From positions 15,658,092 through 15,722,091 of the forward strand of contig NC_069006.1 in NCBI RefSeq assembly GCF_001194135.2: a stretch of 64,000 nt of DNA. The letters run 5' to 3'. Both the position numbers and the translations under genes were made by a program. Source of the stretch: Octopus bimaculoides. Its lineage: Eukaryota. This document shows positions 51,136 to 62,879 of the stretch, piece after piece (position 1 is the first letter of the stretch; each line of letters begins with the position of its first letter). The notes under the pieces were generated by a model. The model was not told the origin of the DNA and ran no database searches. It saw only the letters and a program-made list of their open reading frames with translations.

Positions 51136-51769
51136 AAAAAACGATGCTGTTGCCAATGTTGCTGCTGCGATTATAAAAATGTGACTTCGAAACTGCCGAA
51201 CTGCCTTGTCCTAGATACACGCAGGATGTTTTACAATACATTCCGGTGGGTCCATTCCCCTTAAGCTCTCACGACCGTCTGCAGTGAACGACTCTTTAAC
51301 GATACATGATAAATTATCATTTTTCTAGCTGGGACAGCTTAAATTTCAGGTGGGGACGCAAGAGCTGCAATTCTTCCCTCCCTTCTAAACAGGGCGAGAC
51401 ACACTAGTTTGTCCCGCTTAGTATCTAGCGATAAGTTGTATCGCTCCACATGAAACACCGCTTCCACGAAAGAGGCCTTTACAAAGACGCTGCTTATATT
51501 GTTGCTGCTATTGCTCCTGATTCTATTGCTGTGGTTGCTTCCGTCACCTCTGCCACAACCACCATTGTTGTTGTTACTAAAGTTTAAAACACATAACAAA
51601 ATAAACTGATTCGGTACACACCAATAGGAGTCTATACTCCCTCAGCAAGAAGAAGACGAACAAGAGGAAGAAAAAGAAAAGAAAAGAAGGGGACGAGAGA
51701 AGAAGAAGAAGAAGAGTAATGATGATAGAAAATTAAATTCATAATTTTATTAGGAATAAAAATATATCA

Positions 51770-51815
51770 ATATTCTAGATGACGAAGATTGGTAGTAAAT
51801 CTGAAACGTCATATG
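51770..51815 (+). ncRNA. Degenerate PLE-type hammerhead remnant
   Basis: aUGACGA-AGAUU(gguagua)AAUCU-GAAA-C-GUC. Perfect stem II and a GUC triplet, but C3 is replaced by A and stem I is disrupted. Confidence 0.4.
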
Positions 51816-52266
51816 CGACCACGATGACGATGGCTGCAGAGATAATTATAAATAAATAAATAAATGAATGAATAAATAAATAAATAACTAAATAAATAAA
51901 TAAGTGATTTGTTGATAAGAAACACAATGAGAAGGAAAGAAGTGAAACGAATAATAGCTGAATATAATGATTTTCTATTTATCAAATATGAATTTTAAGC
52001 CCATATAATATAGATATGTAAAATATGCAACGGGGACCAGGAAAGGGGTTATTTAACGGTGGCAGGCAGGTAATAGACTACAGACTCCATTAAAAAATAT
52101 GTTTACATTAGATCTCGAGTTATCAAGGGATTTTTTTTTATTTTCAATGGAATGAATGAAATTTATCGAATAGAATGAGAATAAAATGAAAATCTATTTT
52201 CAAACACAACAATAAAATTGTTAAATTCGTCCACAAGCGTATGGATACACACATGCACATTCATAT

Positions 52267-52616
52267 AGGTGTGGCTGTGTGGTAAGAAGCTTGCTTCCCA
52301 GCCACATGGTTCCGGCTTCGGTCCCACTGTGTGGTACCTTGGGCAAGTATCTTCAACTATAGCCTCGGGCCAACCAAAGCATTGTGAATAGATTTGGTAG
52401 ACGGAAGCTGAAAGAAACCCGTCATATATATATATATATATATATATATTTTTGCGTGTCTGTGTTTGTCCCCCCACCATCGCTTGACAACCGATGTTGG
52501 TGTATTTACGTCCCCGTATTTACGTCCCCGTAACAAAGGTTCGGCAAAAGGGACCGATAGAATAAGTACTAGGCTTACAAAGAATAAGTCCTGGAGTCAA
52601 TTTGTTCGACTAAAGG
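52267..52616 (+). mobile_element. SINE-B copy
   Basis: ggtgtggctgtgtggtaagaagcttgc...internal (TA)n...gcttgacaaccgatg; includes a 14-bp internal tandem duplication (gtatttacgtcccc twice). Confidence 0.88.
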
Positions 52617-54096
52617 TTATGTGTAAGAGTGTTCTTGTGCGTGTGTGCGCGTGTGTTTTTTGTGTGCCTGTGTGGGTACGTACGTGTTTGTGTGTCTGCC
52701 GACGGGCATTTTTGTGTGTCTGTGAATGCCATGTGTGTGTGTGCGCGTGCATGTGTGTGTAAACGCATTTGTGTGTGCATATATGTAGGTATCTCATGGG
52801 CGTATGTGGGTGTCTCTACACGTGTTTCAGTCGTGTATCTATGAACGTGGACCTGCCGTGAGTCGGTGCCTGCGTTTTTAATGTTGTATGTGTATTTGTA
52901 CGACCATGTACACGTCCATGTTTATATATGTGCGCGCGTGTGTGTGTGAGAGAGAGAGACACACACAGACAGACAGACAGACAAACAGAGGGAGAGAGTA
53001 TAAATACGTGCATTTGTTTCTGTGTGCATGTACGCATTTGTCTGTTGTTACAAAAGAATAAGTTATAAAGATAACTTTTAAGAGATACGTTGGATGAGCG
53101 ACAAAAGAAATATAAGAAGCCGAGGTAGAACCAGGGAAAGTGTGTATTATTGCAGAATTCAGTGTGTGTAGAGCAAAGTTTATTGATTGAGACTCTGACA
53201 GCGAATAAATCCGGATAATAAGCCAACAGCTACCAAAAACAATTAGTAGATAAGTCACTGGAAGCGAAAAATCTTAAAATACTATCGAACCGAACGAATG
53301 ACAACATGGATGAGAAAATATTTCAGAGAAGATGCCATTCCGTGTGAATCATGGCAAGAATTTTCTGAGAAAACAAAATTGATTGAATCTGATTCCTTCC
53401 TCTTGTCTTCTCCTTCAGACTGAGATAGAATTTGGTTAGTGCTTAGTGCTGCATTTTAGTACTTCAGATGACATGGGTCCGTTTGTTTGAGCTGTTGCCG
53501 GCTGTTTAGGTAAACAAAAGAAAAAGGGTGTATTCGTATGTGTTCCTTCTTCTTTGAGTGGGAATGTGTTTGAATGTGAGTGAGTGGTTTTACGTGCGTG
53601 CATGTGTACGCACACACACCGTATACATATATATATATATNNNNNNNNNNNNNNNNNNNNNNNNNNNNNNNNNNNNNNNNNNNNNNNNNNNNNNNNNNNN
53701 NNNNNNNNNNNNNNNNNNNNNNNNNNNNNNNNNNNNNNNNNNNNNNNNNNNNNNNNNNNNNNNNNNNNNNNNNNNNNNNNNNNNNNNNNNNNNNNNNNNN
53801 NNNNNNNNNNNNNNNNNNNNNNNNNNNNNNNNNNNNNNNNNNNNNNNNNNNNNNNNNNNNNNNNNNNNNNNNNNNNNNNNNNNNNNNNNNNNNNNNNNNN
53901 NNNNNNNNNNNNNNNNNNNNNNNNNNNNNNNNNNNNNNNNNNNNNNNNNNNNNNNNNNNNNNNACCCATTGTGTCCATACTGAGGCGTGGCGGATGCGAT
54001 CTGTTGTTATTATTTAGCGACAAAATGACCGATGATGCATCGAACGGTGACATACTGACAGGACACCGGATATGTTTTGTTAATAAAAGGTTCTAA

Positions 54097-54710
54097 AAGG
54101 CGGCGAACTGCCAGAGTCGTTAATACGCCAGGCAAAATACCTAACGGTATTTCGTCTGTCCTTACGTTCTGAGTTCAAATTCCGCCGAGGTTGACTTTGC
54201 CTTTCACCCGTTCGTGGTCGGTAAAATAAGTACCAGTTGAAGACACCACTCCCCCGAACTTGCTGGCCTTGTGCTAAAATTCGAGACCGATATTATGTCT
54301 AACTTTAAGGCGATGAGCTGGCAGAACCGTTTGCACGTCGGGCAGACATTTCGTTTGTCTTTACGTTCTGAATTCAAATTCCGCTGAGGTCCACCTTTCG
54401 GTGTCGATAAATTAATTAACAGTTGAATATACTGGGGTCTACGTAAGAGACTATCCCCTTCTCCAATAGTTCTGGTCTTGTGCCTATAGTAGAAAGGATT
54501 ATTATAAGGTACCGAATGGCAGCGAGCTGGCAGAACCTTTACCTCGCCGGTCGAAATGCTTAGCGGCATTTCGTCCGTCTTTGCGTTCTGAATTCAAATT
54601 CCACTGAGGTCAACTTTGCTTTTCAACCATTCGACGTTGATAAAATAAGTACCAGTTAAACACACTCCCTCGAACTTACTGGTCTTGTACCAAAATTTTA
54701 AATCATTATA
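54097..54710 (+). mobile_element. Head-to-tail array of three SINE-A copies
   Basis: Heads at about 54097, 54307 and 54516. Confidence 0.85.
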
Positions 54711-55107
54711 CGGTGTTAAAGTGCAGACGATTCGCAAAATCGTAAGAGCGTTGGATAAAATGCCTTGCGTATTAATTCTAGTGCTTTATCGTCTCACTTC
54801 AAATCCTTCCAGGTTAACTTAACCTTCTAAGGTTCTAGTCAAGCAATGGGGGTGGTTGTAATCGACTAAGCTCTTCTAAAAAATTCTCGGAGTCCATCGG
54901 CGAACATAGAGTTTACATATAAGATTTAAAATAGGTTTTGAGCTTGTAATAATTTACGCAATGGTAACAAAATGGGTTCGAGCGTGATGATTCAAATTGG
55001 CAAATGACGTTAATATGAATACGTAAAGCGAATGCTGATGTACTGAGTGACGTTCTCAAAAAAGTTTAGTGAACCAGAATTACCCTGTTAGCTATCTTTT
55101 ATCTTTA

Positions 55108-55301
55108 ACTTGTTTCAGTTATAAGACTGTGGCCATGCTGAAGCATCGTCTTGAGGAATTTTAGTCGAACGAATCAACCCCGTATTTTTTTTTTTTTAAA
55201 CCTGTTACTTATTTCATCAGTCTTTTTGCCGAACCGCTAAATTGCGAAGACGTAAACGCACCAACATCGGTTGTCAAACGGTAGTGAGGGACAAACAAAG
55301 T

Positions 55302-55335
<34 letters not shown>

Positions 55336-55495
55336 CGACAGACTTCTTTCAGTTTCCATCTACCAAATCCACTCACAAGACTTTTGTCGGCCCGAGGCTA
55401 TAGTAGACACTTGCCCAAGATGCGACACAGTGAGAATGAACCTGGAATTATGTGGCTGGCAAGCAAGCTTCATACTACACCGCCACGCCTGGGCC
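55108..55495 (-). mobile_element. SINE-B copy
   Basis: Full family motif set. Confidence 0.85.
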
Positions 55496-56113
55496 AGAGA
55501 AAGAAAACGAAAAACCTAACAGCATTTGTTAGTGACTGAAAGTCGACTGAGGCAGGATTTACACGAAAGATTTTCATTACTGGCACAAATTTCTTACATA
55601 TTGTTGGGTTAGGTTTCTAGTCGATAATATCGATTCCTTACATAGCTGAAGGCCACAGATTTGAAAGCAGTTATTGTCGATTATATCGACACTAACATTA
55701 TAAAAGCTCGTGCATATTTTTACGACTCCACCGGAAAGATGAGTCGATTTGGGCGAAGATTCGGTTCAGAATGCGTAAAGGGACGTAATTAAGGTATTTC
55801 GTTTCGTACTTTACCAGTTCTGCCATCCACCACCAACTTTAAAGTAGGAATAAAAATAATGGTTGCAAATTTTGACGCAAGGAACAGTGATCAACTGGTA
55901 CTTGTTTTATCGACCTTAAAAGGATGAAAGGCAAAGCTGACATTGGCTGGATTTGAATGCAAAGAACAGGAAGAAAATGCTGTTAAGCATTTTAACGATT
56001 TAAATTAGGTCAGGATTTATTTAAAACCTCCACTCTTCTTTAAGATGCTAGTGTAACATTTGAAAGAGATTTGGCTGCTATGTGGCTGTTTGGTAGAAAG
56101 GATTATTATTATT

Positions 56114-56149
<36 letters not shown>

Positions 56150-56152
<3 letters not shown>

Positions 56153-56370
56153 CCTTTATACTATTGGCACAAGGCCTGAAATTTGGTGGGAGGGGGATCA
56201 GTCGATTGGATCAACCGCAGTACGCAACTGGTACTTAATTTATCGAGCCCCGAAAGGAAGAAAAAGGCAAAGTCGACCTCGACGGAATTTGAACTCGGAA
56301 CGTAAAGACAGATGAAATGCCGCTAAGCATTTCGCCCGGCGTGCTAACGATTCTGCCAGCTCGCCGCCTT
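56150..56370 (-). mobile_element. SINE-A full copy embedded in (AAT)n
   Basis: Family match; (AAT)n on both sides. Confidence 0.9.
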
Positions 56371-56390
56371 AATAATAATAATAACAACAA

Positions 56391-56559
56391 CTACAAAAAG
56401 TTTGCATCTTAAGGACAGGAAAGATTATTAGGAGGGTTTTTAAGCACTTGAAAGACTCTTGAAGGCCAGTGGATACCTAAGGTTACAGGTAGTAACCCTC
56501 CACCGACACAAATCCTATTAGGAATATGACCGAATCTGAGTCAAATCCAAAATAATAAT
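56391..56559 (+). mobile_element. R4/Dong-like LINE extreme 3' end
   Basis: LQKVCILRTGKIIRRVF (cf. LQK.CLLGTA.ILR.VL), short 3' UTR with a ggttac-aggta-gtaacc hairpin, (AAT)n tail. Confidence 0.55.
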
Positions 56560-58629
56560 GCTAAAGTGAGGATGAAATAAACAGCGCATGTGTTTAATTG
56601 GCAAAAGCTGACCATCCCAAAATATAATATAATATGATATAATATAATATAATACGATATATTATATATAAGTGAACTGACGAAAGAGAGTAGCAATCAA
56701 CACATGTGATTGGGGCAATAAAGAGATAACAGGTTAACTCAGCTTCACATTCGTTATTTCTTTAGGTGCAGCTACATATTCTGTTACTTGGAGTTACTGT
56801 GTACGTGGATATGTGTATCTGAGTGTGTGTGTGCGAGCGTAAATTTTATACATATATACCGACGCCATGCACAAGGCTTCCAAGAATTTCTGCCTTCAGT
56901 CATGAAACAACGCATCCCAACAGACGCAAACAAACTAACACATATACACACACACACACACATCCAAGAACATTGATGCACATTCACGAAACACTTGTCT
57001 CACAAAAATTCGCTCTTTGTTATTCTTCCGTCGTGACACGAAGTCTTTTGGTCGGATTGCCTTCTCCCTTTATCCCCCCCCCAACTTCTCTTCCACCACC
57101 ACTTTCAAATGTAGCTTCACCACCACCATCACCACACTTCCATTATAACTTCCGCATAAACCACCGCCACCAACACGTCCACCACCATCATCATCATCAT
57201 CATCACTACCACCACCTCCACATCTAGCTCCACCACCACTATCTCTGGCTTTAACACCCCCCCCTGCTACTAAAACCGCCACCACCACCGCCACATCTAG
57301 CTCCGCCGTCACCATCTCTGGCTTTACCACCACCAGTTTTGCCTTTACTNNNNNNNNNNNNNNNNNNNNNNNNNNNNNNNNNNNNNNNNNNNNNNNNNNN
57401 NNNNNNNNNNNNNNNNNNNNNNNNNNNNNNNNNNNNNNNNNNNNNNNNNNNNNNNNNNNNNNNNNNNNNNNNNNNNNNNNNNNNNNNNNNNNNNNNNNNN
57501 NNNNNNNNNNNNNNNNNNNNNNNNNNNNNNNNNNNNNNNNNNNNNNNNNNNNNNNNNNNNNNNNNNNNNNNNNNNNNNNNNNNNNNNNNNNNNNNNNNNN
57601 NNNNNNNNNNNNNNNNNNNNNNNNNNNNNNNNNNNNNNNNNNNNNNNNNNNNNNNNNNNNNNNNNNNNNNNNNNNNNNNNNNNNNNNNNNNNNNNNNNNN
57701 NNNNNNNNNNNNNNNNNNNNNNNNNNNNNNNNNNNNNNNNNNNNNNNNNNNNNNNNNNNNNNNNNNNNNNNNNNNNNNNNNNNNNNNNNNNNNNNNNNNN
57801 NNNNNNNNNNNNNNNNNNTTCACCACCACCACCACCACGGTCAAACAACTGAATAAAATGAAGTTGACATTTACGATATGTTGTAAAACAAAATCAATCC
57901 CCTTCCTCCTCATCATCATCCCCATCATCATCATCACCACTGCTATTATCACCACCGCGTCACTATCGGCATCATCAGCAGCAGCATTGACATCATCAGC
58001 ATCAGCAACAGTAGTAGCAGCAGTAACAACAATAATATTTATCATAAGAAGACATGAGCCAGAAAGGAAGTGTTTATAGGCACATTTCCTTACACCACAG
58101 CCCAGCATTAATGGATCAGAGAACGTAAAGGAGCGTACAGAGTCAATTTAAAGCTTGAACCTTCATCATGTAGGCTCAGGCGTGGTTTAAGAAGTTTGCT
58201 TCCCAAACATATGGACCCAGGTTCAATCCCACTGCGTGGCGCCTTTGACAAGTGTCTTCTACTACAGCTTCGGGCCGATCAAAGTAAAAGATATTATCGG
58301 TACTACTCCTCTTGTTTTATCTCCACTAGAGAGAATAGATGGTGACAAATTACATGGTTAAAAGGATGGAAGGTGCAATATGAGGTGATTGATAAAGAAA
58401 CAGACAACGTGTGTGGGGTTTTCTCTTTTCTTCGCCGCACAATTATTTCTAATTAGACTTTTGTCGTACTCTGCATTACAGACATCAACTTAGTTATTGT
58501 TTTTCATGTAGTTGGCTTCTCAGAGTAATTACTTTCAATGTTTTACTAATTTTAGATGTGGTAATTGTTCACATTCTATTTGTGTATCATATATACATCT
58601 ACAGATTCTTTTATCACTATTTCATAATA

Positions 58630-58856
58630 ATAACAATAATGGTTTCAAATTTTGTCCCAAGGCCATTAAGTTGGGGTGGGAGAGGGGATAAGTCGATTAC
58701 ATCGACTCGGTGGTCAACTGGTACTTATTTTATTGACCCCGAAATGATGAAAGGCAAAGTCAACCTCGGCGTAATATGAACTCAGAAAATAAAGACAGAC
58801 GAAATGCCGCTAAGCATTTTGCTCGGTGTGCTATCCATTCTACCAGCCCGCAGACT
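58630..58856 (-). mobile_element. SINE-A copy embedded in (AAT)n
   Basis: Family match. Confidence 0.85.
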
Positions 58857-58882
58857 TAATAATAATAATATTACCAATAAAT

Positions 58883-59093
58883 GTCGGAGCCCTGGGAACA
58901 GTGAGCAAAAATCTCGAGAAGTACGTGGAATAGGGGCTGCAATTACAGAAAACAGCACTGCTTGGAACCGCCTGAATACTCCGGATGGTGCTCGAAAAAT
59001 AAGAGGTGTTACCCGAGTTCACTGGTAGTGAACTGCTGACACCGCAGCACATCTCCAGCGTTAGAAGCTGTGCAAAGGCAATGATAATAATGA
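58883..59093 (+). mobile_element. R4/Dong-like (RLE-domain) LINE 3' end
   Basis: VGALGTVSKNLEKYVE*GLQLQKTALLGTA*ILRMVLEK* is the characteristic C-terminus of RLE-encoding LINEs. 3' UTR hairpin at 59016-59034; AAT-like tail. Confidence 0.8.
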
Positions 59094-59599
59094 TTTCATT
59101 TATTTGCCACAATAATAATAATAAATTCAATGGTATAACCCAAATAAAACAATCCACAAACACGACACACTCTACGCAGTAAATATCCAATACAATAAAC
59201 AACCCACACTATGTACTCTACAAGCCGGATACCCAACAGAAGAACGTAACTGACACTACGCACACAACACAAACACTAATAAAACAACAAAAGACTGCAA
59301 CCAGATCCCATAACAAAACACACGGATGCAAGCAATGCAATATAGGGAAGAGTTTATACCCCCCCCCCCACACACACACACACAACATAAAAGAACACGA
59401 AATGCTGTACTCCTTAGTAACACGGTGGTGTAGCAAGTGATGCAGTAGAAATTTGCCTGCAACTATAAAATATCGAATTATTTTAATAACTTATATTGGT
59501 CACAAGGACTTTGATGCCAGGGAAGATTCCGTGTCGAAATACACAGGAAAACCACAAACAAACAACAAAACACATTTTCGGGGGCGGGGGCGGTTCCGT

Positions 59600-59781
59600 A
59601 AGTAGTTGATACTTTCTCGGCATAAAAAGTGGTCTAGTCGATTACATCGACTCCACTGCTAAACTGGTAGATACTTATTTTATTAGGCCTGAAACCTCGA
59701 CAGCATTTGGACTCAGAACAAAAAAAATTAACGCTAAGCATTTTGTCCGGCGCGGTATCGATTTTGGTACCCCACCGCCTT
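59600..59781 (-). mobile_element. SINE-A degenerate copy
   Basis: gtcgattacatcgactcc...gctaagcattttgtccggcgcg...ccaccgcctt. Confidence 0.7.
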
Positions 59782-60379
59782 TCATAGTTGTAATAATATT
59801 AATCAGCTGTATAAACTTTCTCCTTTCTCTCCCACTCATTTCCACTTATCTCTCTATATATATTTATATCGTTATGAATCTTCTTATATCAACCACTCTT
59901 TACTTCACGGTAATCCTCATCGAAATTTACATATTTCAGGTGTGTATGAAGTTCAACAAGTAGTATAGCACTCGATTAGTTAAAAGGGCAAAGTAATTAT
60001 AATAAAAACCACAAAAGGCCTTGTGAAATAATGCTACCCAAGGTTTATTGGGCTATTTATCAAGCTGCTAAAGCGACAAGACAGCTTAGTAAGTGCGTTC
60101 GATATAATCGAAGTTCCAATGAACACATATTTAAAAAAATGACAGACTGCAATCAAGGGGAGATACTTAACTACACAGGAAATATAAACAATATTTTACA
60201 AATATCAAAACGTAAATAAACCAACGCTGGAATGGGTTATACTGTCCGGTGGTTTAACATTAATTCCCACAAATATATATTTTGTATAATGCAGACATGA
60301 TGAAAAAAAGCTCGCGCCTGGTATTTGTACAGTCCCTGGGGGTTTTAACGTTTGTAAAATATATATTTGTGTGTGTAGT

Positions 60380-60550
60380 GGAGGGAAGTGGTTAAATAGT
60401 CAGAGCGTTGCCTGATCGTAAAATTGTGGTTTCCATTGTGGTTGCATGATCGTAATTCTGTGGACTGGGCGATGCGTTATGTTCTTGCGCAAAGCACTTC
60501 ATTTCACATTGTTCTGTCCACTCACCTGGCAAAAATGTGTAATTCTGCAA
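60380..60550 (+). mobile_element. SINE-D degenerate copy
   Basis: Matches 10762-10905 (gggcgatgcgttatgttcttg..acttcatttcac..tccactca). Confidence 0.65.
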
Positions 60551-62295
60551 TCGATAGGCAATATATACGGTAAGGAATCTGGGGGACCAGCCTAATGAGT
60601 CTAAAGCTAGGGAAAGAGCTCTGTGTGTGTGTGAGTGTGTGCGTGTGTGTGTGTCTGTGATGAAGGTAAACAAACAAACTTCGAAATCACTGTCTAAGTT
60701 TTCTTGATAAAATATATGTTTGTGTGTGTGTATGTGTGTGTATATATAAATGATAAAAGTAACTTAATCGCAATTTACAACCGAATGGCATAAGTATAGA
60801 CTAAAGTGACTAAGGGTACCAGTTAACACCAGTATTGCTAGAAATAACAGTCAAAACAACTCATATATATATATAGGTAAGTATAAAATATAGACGTATA
60901 TGTAGGCATACACACACACATATATAAATACATATACCTATATATAATGCATATTAATGGGCGAATATATTTGTCGATGTGTATGTATGCACACAATGTA
61001 TATGTGCATGTTTATATGTGAATATATGTACAAGTACATGTGTGTGTGTGTATATTTGTGTTAATGCAGGCGCATATTATAAATGCACATGTGTATGCAT
61101 GTATCTATATATATATAGATGAATAAACATATGCATATATGTGCACTTGGGTGCGAGCGCATCAATATGTACGAATGTGTATAAATGTACTTGAACAATT
61201 CAGCTGAAAGGATGGAAGAAGAGTGAAAGAGAAATTAAAATAAATGAGAGAAAACGATGGAAAAGGAGGACGAAAAGATATCGAAAAAGTCTCTGCCTCC
61301 TGTCATACACTTCCCTGAGTCGTAAAACGAACTAAAAATGCAGCCACCATTGTGAAACCCTTGTAAAATCCTCTTACGTCAGCAGTAAGTTTTATTTATG
61401 GCTTCTGGACTTCCGTTACTACGATGAGTTAGTCACTCGGCCCTACTTGGGGCGTTCACGGTCCAGCTTTCGATTGTAATTGATGGCACGTTTAGTTTGT
61501 TGTATCTAAATTCCCGTTACTATGAGCATAATCAGTTTGTCTACGTATGTCAGTGTGCGAATTTCTGTTTTGTGTGCATGCATACGCAAGTATATGTGTT
61601 TCTCACTCTCTCTCTCTCTCTCTCTCTGTATACACACACACACACACACATATTCTGTTGTATTATACATGTGTGTATGTGCACTTGCGCAGTGGCGCTT
61701 GTCTTTTTCGTAAGTATAGACAGTGTGGACATTTGTGAGAATCTGTATGTAGCAATTTATGCACATATGCGCATAGTGCATGTGTGTGTGTGTATGTATA
61801 TATGCATGTATGTGTATACACACACATGTATGCATATTTAGACATATATGTGTGCCAATAATTATGTGCATGTGCGCAAGTGCAAACACCAATTTACTTT
61901 AGACTCGTATATCTAAGTATTGTTGCATTACAGAGATTGTTACTTTCTCCTCTTCTCTACTACCTCTCTCTCTCTCTTCTTTTCTGTCTGCCTCCCCCTC
62001 TCTCCTACCTATCTCTCCTCTTTTCTGTCTCCTTCCCCCCTCTCTCCACCTCTTTTCTCAAACACCTTTACACACATATAGTGAGTGACTGTTGAATTGA
62101 CAGGCGTATATACACGTGTTTATAAACCTATGTTAGAGACTATGTGACTGGTTTTTTTGTGAATTGTAAGGATTTCTCGGCATTTTGCTACATCAATATA
62201 AACTAATACAGAAATACACTACCATACATATTAACTACATGTTTACTACAGTTACACACACACACACACAATATTATTTATATTACTATATATTA

Positions 62296-62555
62296 AAGCG
62301 GTGAGTTGACAGAATCGTTAGCGCGCCAGACAAAATGTTTAGCGGTATTTCGCCCGAGTTTAAATACCGCCGAGGTCGACTTCGCCTTTCATCCGTTTCT
62401 GGAACGATAAAATAAATACTAGTTCAGCACTGGAATCGATGATATTGATTAACCTCCTCCCCACAAAATTCCAGCCCTTGTACCTATTGTAGAAAGGTTT
62501 AAAGGCGGCGAGCTTACATTCTGAGTTCGAATTCCGCCGAGGTCGACTTTGCATT
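62296..62555 (+). mobile_element. SINE-A copy plus a tandem partial second copy
   Basis: aagcggtgagttgacagaatcg...gtagaaagg, then aaggcggcgagc...gagttcgaattccgccgagg. Confidence 0.8.
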
Positions 62556-62879
62556 TTAAGATGTTTGCATGAACAAGCTCCCTCTAGACTAAATTTGTAT
62601 GGAAATTACTAAAGAACTTATATATTGAATATGTTTTCCATTTTGTTTTTCATAACCAGTTATTTTTGTCTGCTCACAGTGTCTTCCTTCGTCTAAGCCT
62701 GATAAAAACCTAGGAAAAATAGGTTTGAACGATAAGTATTGCATCTGATATAAGTATTTTATTTCGAAGAAAACTCATGAACCCCGCCCTCTAAAGCCAC
62801 TAGTGCTACCAAGAGTGCTCCTTGTTACTTACCCTAACTTTATGAAGTAACAGCACTCACAATGGGGAACTAATACTCA

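Noticed and set aside
51339-51530. Minus-strand protein-like peptide VFVKASFVEAVFHVERYNLSLDTKRDKLVCLALF
   Set aside because: No recognisable homology, the N-terminal part is a trinucleotide repeat, and there are no convincing splice sites.
57218-57340. 73-bp imperfect duplication in a (CAC)n-rich tract with Pro/Thr-rich translations
   Set aside because: Low-complexity sequence adjacent to a gap; no coding support.
854-58108. Long ORFs in the track that are full of X or of YI/VC/TH/RE dipeptide runs
   Set aside because: They span N gaps or translate dinucleotide microsatellites; not genes.
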